Shown: one piece after another, positions 17,697 through 26,035 of the stretch
Layout: every line of letters begins with the position of its first letter
How positions within the stretch are numbered: position 1 is the first letter of the stretch
Virus record (IMG/VR): IMGVR_UViG_3300049432_000151
Span: 1 to 64,000 of that record
Origin: a virus
DNA: 64,000 bases
Reading direction: 5' to 3' (one strand)
The notes under the pieces: model-generated
Databases searched by the model: none
What the model saw: the letters and a program-made list of their open reading frames with translations, nothing else
What the model was told of the DNA's origin: nothing
Translations under genes and position numbers: made by a program

Positions 17697-18880
17697 AAGT
17701 CATCGCCGTCATGCTCGGCCTCATGCTGGCCGCGTCCACGCTGGCCGCTGAAGTGGCGTTCCGCGAGCCGGCGCTGCAAACCCCCAGCACGATCGATCTC
17801 GAAGCGCTGCAAGTGATCGACTTTGACTCGGACGGGGACCAGGACGTCTTGGCGATTGGCCGATGGCCGACTGGGTCCGGTCTTCTTCTGTACCAAAGCA
17901 ACAACGGTGTCTTGAACTGGTCTGCTCCGGCTCGGATGATCAATGTTCAGGGCCGAGTTACGCGGCTTCTGCCGGGCCGTGACGTCACTGGCGACGGCCG
18001 CATCGATCTCGTCGGAATCGTGGAGCAAGGCACGTTCTCGTTTCTTACTTCATGGCCGAACCCGGGAAACATCGGGTTCTCGTTCAGTTCGGGTTTCGAG
18101 CTGCCGACCGGCTACCGAGACGCAATAGTCACCGACATTACTGGGGATGAGGTTCCGGATGCGGTCGTGCTCACACCGCAGCAGGTGATTGTCCGAGCTG
18201 GTCTCCGCGACGGTGGTTATGCGGCCGAGGTGCGTTCCAACGTAACGACGAATGCGCGAGACTTCTTACCAACGGCGCTTGCCGCCGGCGACTTCAACGG
18301 CGACGGCAACGCCGACGTCGTCATCGCGTCGTCTGAGGCGCCAACGCAGAACGGATCCACGCGCGGAGACGTAACGATCTTGGCTGGCAGCCGCTCCGGC
18401 GCGCTCTCGCGGTTCGCCTCGTCGAATATCGCGGCCTCGCCGATCGCCGCGGCGAGTATGCGCAGCGCGCGAGGTCAAGTCGCGATTGTGACCTCTCATG
18501 CGCGCGGTATCGTTTCCACGGCGTTATTCACGACATCAGGGCTGATTTCGGCGAGCGGAACACACCACATGAATAGCTCTTCGGACTTGCGCCTGTTCGC
18601 TGTCGATGACGCGAATCTCGACGGGCAACCCGATGTCTGGTTGAGATCGCCCGACGCCGTTCTGGTCATTCCCGGCGCAAAGGATTTCCCAAGCGGCGAC
18701 GATCCTGTGGAGGTTCGCATTGGCGGCCTTGTGCTGACCGCTACCGCCGCGGACGTGAATGGGGACCGGCGCCCTGATCTCATCTTTGTAATCCGCGTCG
18801 GTTCTGTCGGCCGGGTTGCCGTCTATCTCAACACCTCGACCGTACCGGAACCGCCGCGCCGCAGAGCCATTCGGAAATGA
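17693..18880 (+). CDS. Secreted FG-GAP/VCBS repeat protein
   Basis: Signal peptide; DFDSDGDQDV, DVTGDGRIDL, DITGDEVPDA, DFNGDGNADV, DANLDGQPDV, DVNGDRRPDL; C-terminal PPRRRAIRK. Confidence 0.88.
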   Translation: MKVIAVMLGLMLAASTLAAEVAFREPALQTPSTIDLEALQVIDFDSDGDQDVLAIGRWPTGSGLLLYQSNNGVLNWSAPARMINVQGRVTRLLPGRDVTGDGRIDLVGIVEQGTFSFLTSWPNPGNIGFSFSSGFELPTGYRDAIVTDITGDEVPDAVVLTPQQVIVRAGLRDGGYAAEVRSNVTTNARDFLPTALAAGDFNGDGNADVVIASSEAPTQNGSTRGDVTILAGSRSGALSRFASSNIAASPIAAASMRSARGQVAIVTSHARGIVSTALFTTSGLISASGTHHMNSSSDLRLFAVDDANLDGQPDVWLRSPDAVLVIPGAKDFPSGDDPVEVRIGGLVLTATAADVNGDRRPDLIFVIRVGSVGRVAVYLNTSTVPEPPRRRAIRK

Positions 18881-18920
18881 CACGGCAGGCAACGCCGTCA
18901 ACGAGCGATAAAGGCCGCGC

Positions 18921-19622
18921 ATGACGCTTACCTGGGTAACGTTCAAGCAGTTCCGCGACTGGTTCGAGATCGCGTACTTCGTAGCCACGGTCCTGATGGC
19001 GCTCGCCGCGTGGGTTGCGTTGAAACACCTGAAGATCGCGAAGGCGACGCTCGAGCAGGCGCAGCGTGATCTGCAGGTCCGATCAAAACGTGAAGCGGTC
19101 TCTCTCGCTATCGAACTCTGCCGCGAGTATGGCACTGACTTCGGGAAGCGCTACGAGGCAGAAATGGTGGACCTGCACAAGAACGGTTTCGTCTTTTTCC
19201 GGTGGCCGATGAGCGACTTAGAGTTCGCGCATAGCTCAATCGTCAATCGTCAAGAGGCGGATCAGTGGGTGCTTCAGTTCACAAAGAATCGCGCCCTCGC
19301 GCTTCGAGCAGTGGCGATCCTCAACGAACTAGAAGCGTTCGCGCTGCCCTTCGCAGGCGGAGTCGCCGACGAAGAAGTGGCCTACCCTGTCATTGGGAAG
19401 TTGTTCATAGACGCCGTCCTCGGCTTCGCACCGTATCTGATCACGTTACGGGATGACAAAGACCGGAACATCATTTCCGGTAAGTTCCCCAACACCGTCG
19501 CTCTCTTCCGCCTGTGGTACGCGAGGTCTGGGCGCGCCGAGCTCGACGAAAAGCAAAAGCAGCTCGCTGCGGAGCAAAACAAGTTGCCCAAGCTCGAGCC
19601 AATCAAACCGATCGGGACATAG
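18921..19622 (+). CDS. DUF4760-like membrane-anchored protein
   Basis: N-terminal TM helix; ILNELEAFA...GVADEEVAY. Confidence 0.6.
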   Translation: MTLTWVTFKQFRDWFEIAYFVATVLMALAAWVALKHLKIAKATLEQAQRDLQVRSKREAVSLAIELCREYGTDFGKRYEAEMVDLHKNGFVFFRWPMSDLEFAHSSIVNRQEADQWVLQFTKNRALALRAVAILNELEAFALPFAGGVADEEVAYPVIGKLFIDAVLGFAPYLITLRDDKDRNIISGKFPNTVALFRLWYARSGRAELDEKQKQLAAEQNKLPKLEPIKPIGT

Positions 19623-19633
19623 CGGAGTCCGAA

Positions 19634-20542
19634 GTGAAGATCTTCATAAGCTGGTCAGGTGATTCGTCGCGGCGCATCGCGGAGGCTCTCGACAAATGGC
19701 TACGCCGCGTCATTCAGGCCGTTAAGCCGTTCGTCTCTTTCGATCTCGAGAAGGGGAAGCGATGGAGCTCTGAGATCGCTGCCGAACTTGAGCAATCCAC
19801 GTTCGGCATCATCATTCTTACTCCGGACAATATCGGGCAGGAATGGCTCCTTTTTGAGTCCGGAGCGCTATCGAAGCGCATCGCGGACGCCCGCGTGTTC
19901 ACCTATCTCTGCGGCGGTTTGAAGCCACCCGACATCTCTGGTCCCCTCGCTCAATTTCAACATACGGTTTCGACCAAGGATGACACGCTTCGACTCGTGG
20001 GAAATATCAACGCGCTGCTGGGCGCGGCCGCGCTTCGGGAAGAGGACCTTGCCGAGACATTCGAGCGATGGTGGCCTGAACTTGAGGCCGCCCTTGTGGA
20101 GGCGCTGAGGACCACTCCAAAACCTCAAAAGCGCTCGTCCGACGATCTGCTATCAGAAGTGCTCACCATCGTTCGCGACCTTCAGCGCCGGGCCGGACCG
20201 CGACGCGGCGCGAGCATATTGATCGACAGCGCTTTATCCGCCCCGCCAGCGCCGGTTCTGGGCATCGCAACAATTAAGATCGAGGCACAAGTTAGCAATA
20301 GACGCGAAGCGATCCTCTCCTGTGGTCTTTGCCACGGGCAAGTCGGAATTCACTTCTACGAAGGAGACGGTGAGCCGAAGCTGAACGACGTGCTCGGACT
20401 GTTCCACTACGACAAATGTCCAGGAGTGCCCATCGCTGGCGGACACATCGGAATAGTCGTGATTCGTGAGGAAGACAAGCCAGAGTACGGTATGTACGCG
20501 GCGCCGCGGCGAGACACGTCCGAGTACGCTTCAACTCATTGA
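19634..20542 (+). CDS. TIR domain protein
   Basis: KIFISWSG, DLEKGKRW, GIIILTPDN, WLLFESGA with the putative catalytic Glu; GTG start. Confidence 0.88.
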   Translation: MKIFISWSGDSSRRIAEALDKWLRRVIQAVKPFVSFDLEKGKRWSSEIAAELEQSTFGIIILTPDNIGQEWLLFESGALSKRIADARVFTYLCGGLKPPDISGPLAQFQHTVSTKDDTLRLVGNINALLGAAALREEDLAETFERWWPELEAALVEALRTTPKPQKRSSDDLLSEVLTIVRDLQRRAGPRRGASILIDSALSAPPAPVLGIATIKIEAQVSNRREAILSCGLCHGQVGIHFYEGDGEPKLNDVLGLFHYDKCPGVPIAGGHIGIVVIREEDKPEYGMYAAPRRDTSEYASTH

Positions 20543-20617
20543 GATGAGTTGCGAACGCTGCGTAGCTCGGCACGCGCCGCAGTGTCGCCCTGATTCCGCA
20601 GCCGGTAGTGTCCAGTC

Positions 20618-20656
20618 GTGCGTCGCCGCTTCGTCTTCTGCGCCGGCACCGCGACC
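20618..20656 (+). pseudogene. Truncated copy 1 of small gene X
   Basis: Encodes (M)RRRFVFCAGTAT, matching the 25110 gene; similarity ends just before the hydrolase 3' end. Confidence 0.7.
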
Positions 20657-20675
20657 GAAGGCCCCCGACTTACTC

Positions 20676-21953
20676 TTAGCGTCCTTCACAAACTCTTTTG
20701 AACCGAAGGATAGCGGACTGCTCGCCGACGATTCCGAGCGTGGCTGCCCACTTGTTCCGCCTGAACTCAAAAACGCACGGCTGCCCAGACGACACGTTCA
20801 AACACTGAAAGAAATTGCCGTCGGCGGTGATCCGTATGTAACCCACCAAGCCGAGCCGAACATCTATCGGCTGGGCGTAAGCGATGATGTCGTCTCCGCA
20901 TGTCGCAATCGAAGCACCGGCGATCGACGTTTCGAGAGCGCCGCTGCACCGGCTGTCTTCCGGCGCGGGGCAAGGGCGGGGCGGCTGAATTGGTACCGCG
21001 ACAGGTTGCGCCACCGCCGGTGATGCCGCGGGTTGGATAAGCGGCTCGAATCTTTGCTGATAAAAATCGACCAAAAGATCGTGTGTGGGATGATCTGGCG
21101 TGGTTGGTTTGACCACAGAGGAGTGATTCGTTCCGGGAAGCAACGTAGCCGGGCCGAAGTAGCGCCCCGCCGATTCGGCTGTCACAACTCGTTGCTTGGT
21201 GAGGAAGGGAATATACCGATAGTGAAGGATGAAATGATGTTCGTATGCTTCCATCCCCGTCAATCGCGGTATTCGCTTCAGATCAACCAAGCGTTTGAAT
21301 CGCGCGTCCAAATCCTTCAACAAATCACTACCCCATTGAAGATCCTGACCGGCCTCGTTCTCATACATCTCGGCGAGCCATTTCAACGAGTCCGCATTGT
21401 TCGATCCGTATGAGGGCGACGCGATCAGTAAAAGTCCTACCGTTTTGTCTTTGAAGTCCGGCCAATCTTCCGTTAGAAGGTAGCGCACAACCACGCCGCC
21501 GAGGCTGTGCGCCACGAACAAAATGTTGCGCGCATCCATCACTCTTCGGCCGAGCTGATCACGACGCTGTAGGCTGCGACTTACGGCATCGGCAGCGGCG
21601 CGGACACTGAAGTCAGAAGAGTCGGCCGCCGTGTAGTACCCGGCCAGAAAGATTCCGCTCTCTTTAAAACGCAGGTCTTTTTGTACGAGCTGCGGCCAGT
21701 ACGCTGGCGTCTTCCCTTCAGCGTACCAGGCATCTCCACTGTCCGACAGCAACCCGTGTACGTAGACGATCACGGTGTTCTTGCTTCGAGCCTCGAACCA
21801 CACGTTGTTCGGACGTGGTACTGCTTTCGAATAAACATCTCCTGCGGTCACTATCATCAGGAGAATCAGCGCGGATACGAATCGGTACGGTCTCGCGTAA
21901 GTCACAATCTCACCCTCAGACGAGCGTGGCTTGACGCGTCTCGATCGAGACAT
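20676..21953 (-). CDS. Alpha/beta hydrolase (esterase/lipase-like) with N-terminal hydrophobic segment
   Basis: YVHGL, AHSLGG nucleophile elbow, ASPSYGS, NHSSVVKP. Confidence 0.85.
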   Translation of the reverse strand: MSRSRRVKPRSSEGEIVTYARPYRFVSALILLMIVTAGDVYSKAVPRPNNVWFEARSKNTVIVYVHGLLSDSGDAWYAEGKTPAYWPQLVQKDLRFKESGIFLAGYYTAADSSDFSVRAAADAVSRSLQRRDQLGRRVMDARNILFVAHSLGGVVVRYLLTEDWPDFKDKTVGLLLIASPSYGSNNADSLKWLAEMYENEAGQDLQWGSDLLKDLDARFKRLVDLKRIPRLTGMEAYEHHFILHYRYIPFLTKQRVVTAESAGRYFGPATLLPGTNHSSVVKPTTPDHPTHDLLVDFYQQRFEPLIQPAASPAVAQPVAVPIQPPRPCPAPEDSRCSGALETSIAGASIATCGDDIIAYAQPIDVRLGLVGYIRITADGNFFQCLNVSSGQPCVFEFRRNKWAATLGIVGEQSAILRFKRVCEGR

Positions 21954-22197
21954 TCATGCCGGAACATCTCGACCGAAGCTTCACTCCTTCGACTGGGGAT
22001 ACTTTGGAGTGTGCGTCCGACGCTAAATCCCTACCCTAGTCAGTGACATTGTCCACCACTTCGACGCCGAGCGGACGCCGTGGACCTGGGAGCCCCGTCT
22101 GAGTTACGCCAACGGTGTGCCCTCCGGCCGATCTGCCCTGCGAAGAACGTCACCGAGCGCAGTGTCCGCGAGCGCGACGCCGTCGTAGCCTTTCGCG

Positions 22198-22426
22198 ATG
22201 CTTCGACGCTATGTCTTCTGCGCGGGTACCGCGACGTTGAGCGCAGCCGGTGGGCAACATCGTCGAGAACTGTGGATTGGCGTCGAGCTCGAGTCTCCGC
22301 GTGGGCGTCGACGTGCGAGCCTTCTCACGAGAGCATGGCTATGACCTCGTTCCCGCGGAGGCCTTCAGCGCCGAGGAGTTGGCCTCGATCGGTGTCGGCA
22401 CCTTCGCTCACCTTCAAATCGTGTAG
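22198..22426 (+). pseudogene. Frameshifted copy 2 of small gene X
   Basis: MLRRYVFCAGTATLSAAGGQHRRELWIGVE, then a shift near 22290 into LRVGVDVRAFSREHGYDLVPAEAFSAEELASIGVGTFAHLQIV*. Confidence 0.8.
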
Positions 22427-22515
22427 CGACTCCTTAGGAGGAAGCAACCGACCCTGACGACAGGTAAATACTGCACCGCCTAGTATCACCGCGGCCGTTG
22501 TTGATCGCCCCGTAC

Positions 22516-24783
22516 TTACTGAGCCGCCTGACTGCCGGCTTCGACCGTAGCGGTGACGGTGTAGGTAACCGGCCCCGGATAACCCTGTACGACGATCCAC
22601 CAAAGTCCGGCCGCCGGGTTGCGGTGGATACACTGCTCCGTTCGCGCACGTCCGCTTGCGGCACAGACGCGGCGATTACCTTTTGGTGGCTCGGCAAAGT
22701 TGGTATACAGGTCAACGTCCGATGAGCCTTGAACGTCGACGCGCAGGGTCTTTGCTTGGTTTGGGACTGTGATCGCATAGCTGCGCGCGCTATTGCGCGG
22801 CAGGGTTTCGCCAACTCTCGCTACGCCGCTCGTGAGGTCGAGGTACGGACATGACGAGGTGAAGTCGACCGTCTTCGTAGTCGGGATACTCACCGTCTGC
22901 GTCGTCGGCGAGAACTCGCAGAACGGCTTTGTCAGCGTTACTCCGTAGGTGCCCGCGACAAGGTCCGTCACGGTGTACACGCCAGTATCACCATTCGCCG
23001 TGAAGCTTAGCGGCGTGGCGCCTTTAGTCAAAGTAATGCTTGTATATGGCGACGGAACGCGAATTTGCAAGGAGTACGTCAAGCGCGCGGTCACCGTTGG
23101 ACTGACATCCGCCGCGGCTGCGTGTAGCGCGATCCACCAGCGACCGGGACGCGGAACCTCTGCTTCGCACATCCTTTCCCCGACGCCGGACACCCGGCAA
23201 GGAGTGGAAGCGCCTGTTGCTTTGGAGCCGAAAGTTGCAAACAGCTCTCCGCCAGCGGCGTCGCTACTTGTGACATTCAACCCTTGAGTTCCCGGAGGCA
23301 CATCGATCCAATAATATCGCCACCGACCGCGTTCGAGCCGCTGGCCTGCGGCTGGGTTTCCATCGAAGAGTGGAGTATCCACTTCCGCTCTAATTTCTTT
23401 CGGCGCCGGTGCAGGCAACTCCGCCGGCGCTGGGCTGAACCAGTTAGTGAAGGCCGTGCGGAACATGCCGTCGCGACGGTCGGAGAGCAGTAACACGGCG
23501 ATGACCAGCGCGCCTGCGATTGCGATCGGCAGGCCCCCTGCCCAATTGACTTTGGCGCCCGCGGATGGCGGGATCGCGGTCTCTGGTGCCGGCGCAGATT
23601 CAGCCAACTTCGAGCGAAAAAGCCACATGACAGCGACAAGCGCGAGAACAGCCCAAGAGACGATTCCGACCGTCGAGAAACCCGGGATGTCGAACCACGC
23701 TGCAGCAAGCCGGACGAGCCAGCCGGTCAAAGCACACGGCACCGCTGCGGCTACCGCTATTTGATACGAGCGCTGCAGCGTTCGCTGTCCAGTCATATCG
23801 GTACGCCACATCTTCGCGAGTGCCGCCGTCCCCAACGGCAGGATCAGGAAAAGGAGGAAGCCGACAAGCACTGTTCCAGCGACGAACGGTGCTCGAGCTG
23901 GGTCGATGAGGGTTGTCGGTGCAGTCGACGTGCGTAGATATTCAACGAGCTTCGGCGCGAAAGCTCGCGCGCCCAGAAGCAAGGTGCCGGCGGCAACCGC
24001 CGTCAGAAGGTACTGAAGGAGATATTTCGCTTGAGATCTAAATCCGCGTAAGAAGTCGTCATAGATGCGCTGGGCAACGATGGCGATCACGGCACCGACA
24101 GCTGCGGGAAAACGCACCGGTACCTGGGCAAGCGCGCTAGGAACCGCGATGGTGGTCATCCACACATCAGGGACCGCATCAAATGAACCCTGCGCGCGAC
24201 TTCGGACGATTGCAATGATGACCCAGGTGATGACTATCGGCAAGAGGAGGAGTAGGCGGATGTCTGCGAATCGATGAAGCGCTGCGATTAGTTTGACATC
24301 AGCGGCCGGGTACAGCGTTCTAGGCAAGGCGCGCCCGAGACTATCGAGTAACAGGATAACCAAGTAGGCGACCTGAGCGCTCGCGAGCCATCGCGGGATT
24401 GTGGAGTTGTTCTTCTCGTCGCTTGTATGGACGTCCACTACATATGCAGCGATAGTCGCGTGAGCCATCAGATACGCGAAGTAAACCTCCGGTCGCGTCG
24501 GCCGGTGGAGCACTAGTAGCGCCGTGGGAAAAGCGAGGAAAGCGACACCCAGAAGGGAGCCGACGCTGGATGCGAATGACGTGGCTGTACTCGCAACCAC
24601 GTGCAACACAACTGCGACTAGAAGAGTGGCGGTAGTAACGTCAACGCCAATCGCGTCGGCACGATCGCGTGAAAATCCGGAGATATAGACCGCCAGCGTG
24701 ATCCACAGTACCGCGTACACACAGATCACTGCGACGGTGTAGTCGCTGCGGAGCCAGGTGCTGGACTTCGGTTTCGCTGCCAC
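22516..24783 (-). CDS. Polytopic membrane protein with two C-terminal PPC-like domains
   Basis: Many TM segments; YWIDVPPG...PGRWWIAL and YAITVP...DVDLY...AGLWWIVVQGY. Confidence 0.78.
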   Translation of the reverse strand: MAAKPKSSTWLRSDYTVAVICVYAVLWITLAVYISGFSRDRADAIGVDVTTATLLVAVVLHVVASTATSFASSVGSLLGVAFLAFPTALLVLHRPTRPEVYFAYLMAHATIAAYVVDVHTSDEKNNSTIPRWLASAQVAYLVILLLDSLGRALPRTLYPAADVKLIAALHRFADIRLLLLLPIVITWVIIAIVRSRAQGSFDAVPDVWMTTIAVPSALAQVPVRFPAAVGAVIAIVAQRIYDDFLRGFRSQAKYLLQYLLTAVAAGTLLLGARAFAPKLVEYLRTSTAPTTLIDPARAPFVAGTVLVGFLLFLILPLGTAALAKMWRTDMTGQRTLQRSYQIAVAAAVPCALTGWLVRLAAAWFDIPGFSTVGIVSWAVLALVAVMWLFRSKLAESAPAPETAIPPSAGAKVNWAGGLPIAIAGALVIAVLLLSDRRDGMFRTAFTNWFSPAPAELPAPAPKEIRAEVDTPLFDGNPAAGQRLERGRWRYYWIDVPPGTQGLNVTSSDAAGGELFATFGSKATGASTPCRVSGVGERMCEAEVPRPGRWWIALHAAAADVSPTVTARLTYSLQIRVPSPYTSITLTKGATPLSFTANGDTGVYTVTDLVAGTYGVTLTKPFCEFSPTTQTVSIPTTKTVDFTSSCPYLDLTSGVARVGETLPRNSARSYAITVPNQAKTLRVDVQGSSDVDLYTNFAEPPKGNRRVCAASGRARTEQCIHRNPAAGLWWIVVQGYPGPVTYTVTATVEAGSQAAQ

Positions 24784-24951
24784 GGATTTTTTCCGTCATC
24801 ATACGCCACCGTCTGGTCAGACAGCGACGGTTCCGAATCGGCTTCGCAAACCGGTCGTGTCGACCGGTGTCACTGGCGCCACTGGCGCGGTCCTTCAATG
24901 GGGCAGAAGGCACTGGACTGACCGTGGCCTTCGAATGCTACGATGATCCCC

Positions 24952-25014
24952 GAATCGTGGATGGGCTGAGCGACTAACCTTCCCGAGCTTTCGGTCAGCT
25001 CATTGCGTAGATTC
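24952..25014 (+). ncRNA. Candidate structured small RNA, copy A
   Basis: Preceded by TGcTACGAT; GAATC...GATTC closing stem; near-identical to 25768-25828. Confidence 0.5.
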
Positions 25015-25109
25015 GTGTCAGCTAACTCCTGGCTTTACCCGGCCGAAGCCTCTGATTTCCGGCGCGTACCGCAGTTCAACCGCGCAATGGTCCATCGCAT
25101 GATCGCTTC

Positions 25110-25358
25110 GTGCACCGCCGCTTCGTCTTCTGCGCCGGCACGGCCACCATCAGAGCCGGTGGCCACGAACACCGCCGAGAATTATGGATCGGAGTGGAAG
25201 TTCGGCGTGACGTCGATGTCCGCGCATTCTCGCGAGATCACGGTTATGACCTGGTGCCGGCGGACGACTTCACCGCTGACGAGCTGGCGTCGATCGGCGT
25301 CCGGACGTTCGCTCTCCTGCACATCGACGGGGACTGCGGAAATACTTCCTCACCGTAG
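25110..25358 (+). CDS. Small gene X, intact copy (82 aa, unknown function)
   Basis: Homology to the two degenerate copies shows many synonymous differences. Confidence 0.75.
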   Translation: MHRRFVFCAGTATIRAGGHEHRRELWIGVEVRRDVDVRAFSRDHGYDLVPADDFTADELASIGVRTFALLHIDGDCGNTSSP

Positions 25359-25408
25359 TAGACTTGCAGCAGACGCAACGGTAGCTCGGCCCTACTCGCG
25401 CCCACCTA

Positions 25409-25750
25409 ATGCCAGTCTGCGGCACTGTCGTTGCGCCATCGGCGGACACGAACACTCCTCGTGTGCCGATCGGCGGGACGCGACTAGAACTCGCAATCAA
25501 ACGCGCGATCGCCGACATCGAAGCCTCGGGGCGCATGGTGCTGATGCCGGCGGACTTCGGCATCCCGGAACGCCGCTGCTTCACCCCGACCGAGCTCGCG
25601 CCGTTCCTCTACATCTGCCCGAAGACGGTGCAGCGGATGATTGATGACGAGATCCTGCTCGCGCTTCCGATGCGCGAGCGCGGTGAGCCGAAGATTCCCT
25701 ACTCCGCGGTCGTGTACTACTTCCTGCGGCAGCAGGGAGCGATGAACTGA
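25409..25750 (+). CDS. Excisionase/MerR-like HTH protein
   Basis: FTPTELAPFLYICPKTVQRMIDDEILLA...KIPYSAV. Confidence 0.65.
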   Translation: MPVCGTVVAPSADTNTPRVPIGGTRLELAIKRAIADIEASGRMVLMPADFGIPERRCFTPTELAPFLYICPKTVQRMIDDEILLALPMRERGEPKIPYSAVVYYFLRQQGAMN

Positions 25751-25767
25751 TCTGTTACGATTGCCGC

Positions 25768-25828
25768 GAATCGTGGATGGGCTGACCTACTGACCCTGCC
25801 CGAGTTTTCGGTCAGCTCATCCAGATTC
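25768..25828 (+). ncRNA. Candidate structured small RNA, copy B
   Basis: Preceded by TGtTACGAT; GAATC-G-TGGATGGGCTGACC...GGTCAGCTCATCCA-GATTC long stem. Confidence 0.5.
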
Positions 25829-25833
25829 ACTTC

Positions 25834-26007
25834 CTACTTCTCCTTCCGAACTCCCTTGAACGGCTTGTCATCGGACGTCTTCCGGTCCAAGAACTTGCCG
25901 GTCTCCGTGTCGCGCTTCGTCCAGTCGTCCGTCTTCGGGTTGTGAACCTGAGAACGGTCACGAACTGCGCCGACGCGACCGGGGCCCTTCGGTGGGTTTG
26001 TTGCCAT
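25834..26007 (-). CDS. 57-aa basic protein of the type often found next to HTH-ImmA/IrrE genes
   Basis: Strong SD GGAGGTG; MATNPPKGPGRVGAVRDRSQVHNPKTDDWTKRDTETGKFLDRKTSDDKPFKGVRKEK; below the ORF-track cutoff. Confidence 0.8.
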   Translation of the reverse strand: MATNPPKGPGRVGAVRDRSQVHNPKTDDWTKRDTETGKFLDRKTSDDKPFKGVRKEK

Positions 26008-26035
26008 TGTCTCTCACCTCCTCTCTATTGAGATT

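Noticed and set aside
19514-19633. N-terminal extension of the TIR ORF in the supplied track
   Set aside because: It overlaps the upstream gene; the TIR fold begins at GTG 19634 after a GGAG.
24952-25828. Hairpin repeats as integron attC sites or a CRISPR mini-array
   Set aside because: No RYYYAAC...GTTRRRY boundaries in the right order, no integron integrase, and the copies are about 800 bp apart with genes between.
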